A stretch of 64,000 bases of DNA from contig OZ252244.1 of assembly GCA_965249575.1 (NCBI GenBank), forward strand, positions 1,046,434-1,110,433, read 5' to 3'. The notes beneath the pieces are model-generated. The model searched no databases. It was not told the DNA's origin and saw nothing but the letters and a program-made list of their open reading frames with translations. The stretch comes from Gemmatimonadales bacterium (GTDB lineage Bacteria > Gemmatimonadota > Gemmatimonadetes > Gemmatimonadales > GWC2-71-9). The translations under genes were made by a program, and so were the position numbers. This document shows positions 31,343 to 38,900 of the stretch, piece after piece; within the stretch, counting starts at the first letter, position 1, and each line of letters begins with the position of its first letter.

Positions 31343-31973
31343 ATGCGGATCCTAGTTCTGATGCTCTTCGCCGCAGCGTGGCAGAGCGCTCAAGAGGCCT
31401 CAGGGATCGTCAACTCCAGCGCGTCGTCTTACACGCTGAGACCCGGCGACATTCTCGAAATCGACGTATGGGGCCACCCAGAATTCTCCGGCCAGTTCCA
31501 GGTGGACGAGACCGGCGCTTTGCAGTACCCCGTCCTTGGGCGGATTGATTCGCGCGACATGACCGTCGCGGCGCTGCGGCAGCAATTGCAAGGCGGCTTG
31601 GAGGAGCTCTTCAAGAGCCCCTTCCTGACCATCACGCCGCTTTTTCGTATCGCGGTCATGGGCCCAGGTGCTCAAGCCGGGGCTTTACACCGTGGACCCC
31701 ACGCTGAGCGTGCTCGACATCGTCGCGCTGGCCGGAGGACAGGCACCCGCAGGCAACCTGAGCAAGATCAAGCTCCTCCGCGCGGGACAAGAGACGCGGG
31801 TGAACTTCGAGCGGGAGACCCTGCGAGGTTTGTCCTTGCAAGACATTGGGGTTCGATCGGGTGATCAGATCGTCGTCCCCCGCAAGTTCCTCTCAAGAGA
31901 AGACGTTGGGCTGATACTCTCCATCGTCCAGATCGGACTCACGGTGGCGATCTTCGCCAACACGATCAAATGA
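31343..31973 (+). pseudogene. Small Wza-like polysaccharide export protein (Poly_export + SLBB), frame broken by an apparent extra C at 31661-31665
   Basis: MRILVLMLFAAAWQSAQ signal peptide. YTLRPGDILEIDVWGHPEFSG..VDETGALQYPVLGRI. Frame 1 ends its homology at ...FRIAVMG and frame 2 continues (Q)VLKPGLYTVDPTLSVLDIVALAGG... to a C-terminal TM. Confidence 0.7.
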
Positions 31974-32070
31974 CTGTTCCCCGCTCACGAGCATCTGCCC
32001 GAGGATACGGGCCTCAGCAACAACCGAGTCTTCAAACAATTCACGAGAGCTGCCCGGCGATCACACTGGG

Positions 32071-32099
32071 TTGGAAGTGTGCAGCCCCGGCGGTAAACT
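32071..32099 (+). promoter_or_regulatory. Candidate sigma70-type promoter for tRNA-Asn (TTGGAA-N17-TAAACT)
   Basis: TTGGAA at 32071-32076, a 17-nt spacer, TAAACT at 32094-32099. The tRNA starts 16 nt downstream. Confidence 0.35.
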
Positions 32100-32114
32100 C
32101 GTTTTTGAACACAG

Positions 32115-32190
32115 TCCCGAGTAGCTCAGCTGGTAGAGCAGGCGGCTGTTAACCGCCGGGTCGGGGGTTCGAGTCCCTCCTCGGGAGCCA
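32115..32190 (+). tRNA. tRNA-Asn (anticodon GTT), CCA encoded
   Basis: Manual cloverleaf. Acceptor TCCCGAG/CTCGGGA, D arm GCTC-AGCTGGTA-GAGC, anticodon arm GGCGG-CTGTTAA-CCGCC, T arm GGGGG-TTCGAGT-CCCTC, discriminator G, CCA. 76 nt. Confidence 0.93.
32169..32187. repeat. attL-like copy of the 19-bp direct repeat TCGAGTCCCTCCTCGGGAG (tRNA-Asn T-loop to discriminator)
   Basis: Exact 19/19 match to 43331-43349, same orientation. Confidence 0.7.
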
Positions 32191-32230
32191 TCTTTTCGAG
32201 GTCGAACTACAGCGCCTCGATAGTTAACGC

Positions 32231-32262
32231 GAGGCCCCGGAGGGTGATCCCTTCGGGGCCTC
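32231..32262 (+). terminator. GC-rich hairpin downstream of the tRNA (GAGGCCCCG-N14-CGGGGCCTC), no U-tract
   Basis: 9-bp perfect stem read directly from the sequence. May act as a tRNA transcript terminator or processing structure. Confidence 0.3.
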
Positions 32263-32694
32263 GTCGTATCAGGCGCTCTTTCAAGGAGTTACGCCCCCTC
32301 CTACATGCTCCTCGATTCTCCAGTTCGCAAATTCAACCTGGGGTGCCTCGTGCAACCAGGGGGTTGCACGCGCCCACCCCGCGTTTTCGTTTTCGAATTC
32401 TCCGATTCTCCATTTTTCGCTTCGCGTTGTTTAACAGACCGTTTTGCCGTGGGCCCCCTCGTTTCGACATTTGCTAACCCGCTCCGGTAGGTATCCAGCG
32501 GAAGCCGGGCCACCGGGGTCCGGCTGATCACCAGACAGCGGCCGTGGCCGTGAGAACGGAGCCCGTTGTGGGTGTGCCGGCGACATCGCCCTCGCGCGGT
32601 GTCGAGCGGACTCCAACGGCTCCTGACGACCGTTCGGTCCCCACGGCATCCACGACGGCTCCTCTTCCGGTGGCCCGCCGCGAAGGAGGACCGG

Positions 32695-32862
32695 ATGCCG
32701 ACCAACCCGCCCATCCCCCACGCTCTGGATGAGGTGGTCGCGGAGATCGCCTCGATCCTGGCCCAGGGCTGCCTGCGCCACCGCAAGAGGCGACGTCTCT
32801 CGCCTGAATCGGGGGGTGAAGCCGGGAAAGTCGAGTATTCTCAAGTGGTTACGGAGAAATGA
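32695..32862 (+). CDS. Small hypothetical protein (55 aa)
   Basis: ATG 32695 is preceded by GAAGGAGGA 5 nt upstream. MPTNPPIPHALDEVVAEIASILAQGCLRHRKRRRLSPESGGEAGKVEYSQVVTEK. No family recognised. Confidence 0.4.
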   Translation: MPTNPPIPHALDEVVAEIASILAQGCLRHRKRRRLSPESGGEAGKVEYSQVVTEK

Positions 32863-32974
32863 CTTGATAGTTCGGGCCACCGAAGCCTTCATTCATGAAC
32901 GAGTTAACGCCCCGGAGACGGCGAGGCGGAGGGACCGCTCGCCAGGGGCCGCGTCCATGATCAGGAGGACTTGG

Positions 32975-33510
32975 ATGGAAGCAGACACCTATCAAGAGAT
33001 CCAGGCTCTCCCGGCTGACCGTCGGCCAGCTGCGGGAGAAATACCTGGACGTGTTCGGCGAGGAGAACCCGAGCCCGCCACAAGGAGTTCCTGCGCAAGC
33101 GCATCGCCTGGCGCCTGCAGGCCCTGGCCGAGGGCGACCTCTCCGAGCGGGCCCGCCGGCGCACCGCGGAGTTGGCCGACGACGCCGATCTGAGGCTGCG
33201 TGCCCCGCGTGATCCGATCAGGCCCGGTTCTGCCGAGGTGCGAGCGCGAACGACGAAAGGGCATATCCCGCCCTCGCGTGATCCGAGACTGCCGCTGCCC
33301 GGTAGGCTCCTGGCCCGGGAGTTCCGGGGCCGCGACATCGGGGTCAAGGTCCTCGACCAAGGCTTCGAGTTCGAGAACCGGCGCTATCAGTCCCTGTCCG
33401 CCATCGCCAAGGACGTCACGGGTAGCAAGTGGAACGGGTTCCTCTTCTTCGGCATCGCCGGTGGTGGCGCACCCGCGAACGGGCACCCGCCCCAGGGGGT
33501 GAGCGAATGA
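32975..33510 (+). pseudogene. DUF2924-like protein (usual partner of large serine recombinases), two frameshifts
   Basis: AGGAGGA 5 nt before ATG 32975. The sequence reads across three frames: MEADTYQEIQAL / RLTVGQLREKYLDVFGEE / TRARHKEFLRKRIAWRLQALAEGDLSERARRRTAELADDADLRL...SLSAIAKDVTGSKWNGFLFFGI. Shifts occur at the C-run 33010-33012 and the A-run near 33066-33070. Confidence 0.6.
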
Positions 33511-34477
33511 CTCAAACGTCAACCTCCGCACCAAACGGAGCCATCTACACACGCAAGTCCACCGACGAGGACTCGACCAGGACTTCAACAGCCTCGACGC
33601 CCAGCGGGAATCGGCGGAGGCCTACATCCTCAGCCAGCGGCACGAGGGCTGGACCTGCCTGCCCGACCGCTACGGCGGCGGCGGCTTCACCGGCGGCAAC
33701 ATGCAGCGCCCCGCCCTCGAGCGCGTGAGCGCGGACATCGACGCCGGCCGGATCGACTGTGTCGTGGTCTACAAGGTGGACCGTCTCAGCCGCTCGCTCC
33801 TGGACTTCGCCCGCATCATGGAGCTGTTCGAATCCGGCATGGCGCACGCCTACACCCGCAAGGGAAGAAAGCGCTACCGCTACCACGTCTGCCGCAACGC
33901 CCAACAGCGGGGCTGGTCGGGCTGCCCAAGCAAGTCGCTGGGCGCCCACGACATCGAAACCGCCGTGGTGGAACACATCCGCGGCATCGGGCGCAACGAC
34001 ACCGTCGTCCAGGCGACCGTGGAAAAGGTGCGCGAGCAGAGCGACCGGCGGATGGTGGACCTGGAAGTCGAACGACTCGGCCAGGAGCGAGAGCTCAAGC
34101 AGCTCTACTCCAGCGTCGAGAAGCTGGTTCGCTCAGCCGGTTCGGACAGCGCCAACGGCCGGTCCACGACCGATCAGCTGGCCGATCTTCAGGACCGAAT
34201 CCGTACGACGGAGCAGCGGGTCACCGCCATCCGCGAGGAGGTCATCACGCTGGAGCGGGAGGCCGTCGGCGAAGGCGAATTGTCCCAGGCCCTGGCCCAC
34301 TTCGATCCGGTGTGGGAGTCGTTGTCGCCCCGCGAGCAGTCGCGCATCATCCGGGTACTGGTTGAGCGGATCGGTTACGACGGGCGTGACGGCACGGTGA
34401 CCGTGGCTTTCCGCTCCCTGGGCATCAAGGCCCTCTGCACCGAGGCGGCCGTCATCGGCGGGGAGGACACGGCATGA
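33507..34477 (+). pseudogene. Large serine recombinase remnant (frameshift plus internal deletion of the recombinase domain)
   Basis: ATGA overlap with the DUF2924 stop. Catalytic N-terminus [10 protein letters not shown], frameshift near 33567-33571, then [19 protein letters not shown]...[27 protein letters not shown]. This joins directly (about 33831-33850) to the Zn-ribbon/coiled-coil part [29 protein letters not shown]... Only about 323 codons in total. Confidence 0.7.
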
Positions 34478-34893
34478 GAGACCTCGCATCCGACGCCGCG
34501 ACCATGAGGCCCAATCCGCTGGAAGTCTCCTTCACCTTCCAGCCCGCCAACAGCCGCGGGAACGGCGTGCAACGAGACCGGACCGTCGAACCGGGGAACG
34601 TGCCGCGCAACTCGAGGCTCATGGCCCTGGCTATCCGTTTCGACGGTCTGGTCCGGAGCGGCAAAGTGCGGGACTACGCGGACCTGGCTCGCCTCGGCTA
34701 CGTGACCAGGGCCCGGATCACCCAGGTCATGAACCTCCTCAACCTCGCGCCCGACATTCAGGAAGCGCTGCTCTTCCTACCTCGCACACTCCAGGGAGGC
34801 GATCCCATACGCGAGAAGGACGTCCGCCCCATCGCCGGTGTCCAGCACTGGAGCCGCCAGCGCGCGATGTGGGCGCAGCTCGTCGCCCGGTAG
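34474..34893 (+). CDS. ParB/KorB-like HTH protein
   Basis: ATGA overlap with the recombinase stop. ...[38 protein letters not shown] resembles the ParB HTH/LAPDIQE region. Confidence 0.45.
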   Translation: MRDLASDAATMRPNPLEVSFTFQPANSRGNGVQRDRTVEPGNVPRNSRLMALAIRFDGLVRSGKVRDYADLARLGYVTRARITQVMNLLNLAPDIQEALLFLPRTLQGGDPIREKDVRPIAGVQHWSRQRAMWAQLVAR

Positions 34894-35099
34894 GGGAAGT
34901 AGTAGCCCCCTTCCGATCCGGGCGGACATCGTCCCCCCGTCCCTGACTCTCTCCAATCGGTTCAGCGCCCTTTTTAGCCCCTTTATATGTGTTATTTGCC
35001 CTTTGATATAGTAGGTGTATCTATTGATCTCTTTGACACACGGTCGGGTGTCCCCCCGTGGAAACAGCAACTGCAATCTCCCTTGAGAGAGGATCTGCC

Positions 35100-35351
35100 A
35101 TGAGCAGCCAGGCGAGAGGAAGACCACCCATTGAGGCAATCACCGACCCACAGCGGCCCACATTGCACGAGCTGCAACGCTTCACCAACCGGCGGGGGTT
35201 TCCCCCGACGATCCAGGAACTGGCGGACATTCTCGGCATATCGCCCCCGAGCGTACGCGACCAGGTCAAGCAGCTGGTGCGTAAAGGCTTCGTGAGACGG
35301 GAGTCGAGGAAGGCACGCGGGCTTACCGTCTTGCGGGAGCCTGCGAATTGA
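35100..35351 (+). CDS. LexA N-terminal DNA-binding-domain-only protein (wHTH, 83 aa)
   Basis: AGAGGA 7 nt before ATG 35100. ...[57 protein letters not shown] matches the LexA DNA-binding-domain pattern. No peptidase S24 domain. Confidence 0.6.
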   Translation: MSSQARGRPPIEAITDPQRPTLHELQRFTNRRGFPPTIQELADILGISPPSVRDQVKQLVRKGFVRRESRKARGLTVLREPAN

Positions 35352-35539
35352 AGTACATGTCCGACACGCTCGACGAGATGCACGTCCGCCTCGAAGCCGA
35401 GCGGACTGAGGGTGCCGATCCGGAAGACACAGACGAGTACCGCGCCGCGAACATCTTCTGGGTACCACCGGAGGCCCGTTGGACCCATCTGAAAGCTCAA
35501 AGTGATGCTCATGGTCTATGGGTTGTGTCGAGTGCATAA
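35348..35539 (+). pseudogene. hsdM: N-terminal fragment of a type I restriction-modification methyltransferase
   Basis: (L)[50 protein letters not shown] matches the HsdM N-domain pattern LKYISDxFEE...GADPEDxDEYxAxNVFWVPxEARW. It lacks both the first ~30-40 aa and the entire methyltransferase core. Confidence 0.55.
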
Positions 35540-35930
35540 GCCCGAAAGTCTCGCTTGCGTACCGGACCTTCTGGCGCCGGACGAATGACCCCGAGAACAT
35601 CACCGGTATTCCATACTGAGGGGGTGACTGGTTCGGTTTCTCGCGGGGGAAGAGTGATTGGTCGCGCCCCCCCCCCGACGAAAATCTCCCTATCGCCGGA
35701 CCGAGCAGGTTCGGCACGTGGAGTGACGAAAGGATGCCAACTGTAGCAAGATATTAGGCAGGCCCGAGCCGAAGGCTGCTGGCACAGCCCGACTGGCGAG
35801 CAGTAGAGTCTAAAACTCGGCGAGAGGGGAACATGGTTGACGGCACATCCCACTCGGCACGGTCCACACCAATAACATCCAAAGCTCCAAATACTCGGCG
35901 CCATGTCGAGCCGGCACAGGCGGAAAGGCG

Positions 35931-38900
35931 ATGGCCATGAGAACTGTTTCACGGCCGAAAATCATCGGCGCAATCTCGCCGCCTCCGTACGCTCAATCGA
36001 GCCCGCCTAAGCCTGATGTCGAAGGAGCGCAGTCCCCTCCAGCAGCGCACAGGGACGATTCTCTCGCTACCAATCCATCGGGGGGGCTGATTACCGAAGA
36101 CCATCCCCCCAAGCGCCGCCGTGGCGGCTGGGGGCGTGCAGGCGTCTTCGCCGTCGCCGCCTGTCTGGCCTGGCTCGCCTGGCCGACCGCAGCCTTCGCG
36201 CAGGGTATAGGCGTGTATTCCATTGCGAGCAATGACGTGGTCGACGCCTCGGAGAAGTGGGCCGGCTTCACCATCACCGGCGGCACGGGTACGGAAAGCG
36301 GCGTGACTGTCACGGTGAACGTCAACGGCACACAGGTGGGGACCGCAACCTCGGACGCCAGTGGAAATTGGGTGGTGAACGTGGAGGGCGATGATACGGG
36401 CAATGCGAGCTTCGTTACCACGGCCGTAAGCGGCCAATACGCCGCAGCGACGCGCGGGACTCCTGGCAGCCTTGATTTCCTATCGCATCAGAGGTCCTTT
36501 ACCCCGAATCTGAAGCTGCCGCTGGTGGTGAACGCCGTTACGGGCGACGACATCGTCAACAACGGCACTTTCGACATCAAAGGCAACACAGGCACGATCG
36601 GCCTGGTGCCCGTCCGTTTGAACCTCGGCGGTCTTATTTTGATCACCACCTCGGAGCAGGGCGACGGTACTTGGGTGAGGATCGTGCGGGAGAGCGATAC
36701 CGACTACAGTCATGAACTGAGCGTGTCGCTTTCGGTGACGGCGACAAAGACCGGCTATACTGATAGTGATGCGGTCAGCCGGACGCTGACGGTGGATATG
36801 GAGGCCCCGACGGTGAGCTACACGGCGCCGTCGAGTCTGAAGGTGGGCGTGGAGATCGACCCGCTGTCCCCGACCACGAGCGATACGGACATTGCTTCCT
36901 ACGTGGCTTCCAGTCTGCTGACGGGACTGAGGATAGATCAGAGCACGGGTGACATCAGCGGCACCCCGACGACCGTCAACAGCAGCAAGCAGACGTCGAA
37001 GGTGACGGTCACCGACGACGGCGGCAACACCGCCGAGGAGAACATCGAATTTCCGGAGGTGGTGGCGGGCACGCTGACGGTGGCCTTGGACGCCATCGCG
37101 GGAGACGACTACCTAAATGCCTCGGAGTTCTCCGGCGGGGGGTTCGATATCACCGGCAACACGGGTACGACCAGCGGCGCGAGTGTCACTGTGACCATCA
37201 CCGGTGTGGACCCCGGTGGGAACGCAACCCCCCAAGGGACGCTGACCGCCACCTCGAACGCCAGCGGCGATTGGGTGGCGACCGTGCCGGGCTCAGCGGC
37301 CTACATTGTGGCGAATGCCGTTTTGACGGTTTCGGTGACGGCCACCAAGACCAATTTCACCAGCGTGACGGTTACGCGGACACTGCCGGTGGATTTGACG
37401 CCGCCGAGTGTGAGTTACACGGCGCCATCGAATCTCACGGTGGGCGTTTTGATCACGCCGATAGCTCCGACCACGAGCGATACGGATATCGTCTCCTACG
37501 CCACTAGCGGCGATTCCCTGCCGCTGGGACTGGGGTTGAATGGCAATACAGGTATTATCAGCGGCTCGCCGAGGACGGCCAACCCCAACACGCAGACGGT
37601 GGGGGTGCTGGTCACCGACGACGCCGGCAACGTGGATCGGCCGCAGATTACATTCCCGGCGGTTGAGCTCGCATCCGGCGTAATGGTTTCGGAGACGGAA
37701 CTGACGGTGCCCGAAGGCGGCTCGGCGAGCTACACGGTGAGGCTCGACACCCAGCCGACGGATGATGTCACGATCACGGTGGAGCGGGTGACCGGCGATG
37801 AGGATCTGACGGCGAGCCCGGATACGCTGACCTTCACGAACTCGAACTGGAGTGTGCAGCAGACGGTGACGGTCTCGGCGGCGGAAGATGACGACGGCGC
37901 GGCCGGCACTGCCCAGTTTGGCCATAAGGTGATCAGCCCCGGCACCGTCTATCACGGCGTTTCGACCCCTGGCCTCAGAGCGACCGAGGCCGACAACGAC
38001 TCGATCGGGGTGAAGGTCTCGCCGACGACACTGTCGGTGCCGGAAGGCGGCTCGGCGACCTACACGGTGAGGCTTGGCACCAAGCCACAGTTCGATGTCA
38101 CGGTCGCGGCGACCCCGGACCAGGGGGGTGACGACGACCTGACGGTGGCCCCGGATACGTTGATCTTCACGGAGGCAACCTGGAATACGCCGCAGACGGT
38201 AACGGTCTCGGCGGCCGAGGACGACGACCAGGTGGATGGCGTCGCGATCTTCAGCCACAGCGTGTCGAGCAACGACGAGAACTACACCAACGACGAAATC
38301 ACAATCGATCCGGTCACGGCGACCGAGGCCGACGACGACAGGGACGTGATTAAACCGACGGCGGAGGTTCAGACGGAGGCGTCGGCTCCGGTGGACGGCG
38401 CGTTCGAGGTGACGATCACCTTCTCCGAACCAGTGGAGGGCTTTGAGCTTGAAGATATCCGAGTCACCAATGGAACGGCTTCGAACTTTATCGAAATCTC
38501 GCCGCAGGAGTACACGGCGACGATCACGCCCGAAGGGATCGGTGAAGTGAGGGTGGAGGTCCCCGAGGAGGTGGCCCGGGACGGGGCCGGCAACGGCAAC
38601 CGAGCGGCGGAGCCTCTGGTGATCGAGGCGGAACTGGAGCGGCCGGAGGTAACGATCGCAGGACCGACGGAGCCGGTGGGAATGGCGGGGTTCGAAGTGA
38701 CGATCACCTTCTCGGAGCCGGTGGAGGGCTTTGAGCTTGAAGATATCCGAGTCACTAATGGAACGGCTTCGAACTTTATCGAAATCTCGCCGCAGGAGTA
38801 CACGGCGACGATCACGCCCGAAGGGATCGGTGAAGTGAGGGTGGAGGTCCCCGAGGAGGTGGCCGAGGACGGGGCCGGCAACGGCAACCAGGCGGCGGAG

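Noticed and set aside
33507-34477. Serine recombinase as the enzyme that integrated the island at tRNA-Asn
   Set aside because: Large serine recombinases use short crossover sites and do not leave 19-bp direct repeats. The repeat type points to a tyrosine integrase that is now missing.
34992-35717. 241-aa minus-strand ORF across the LexA-like/hsdM region
   Set aside because: It lies antisense to two plus-strand segments with recognisable homology, and no motifs were seen.
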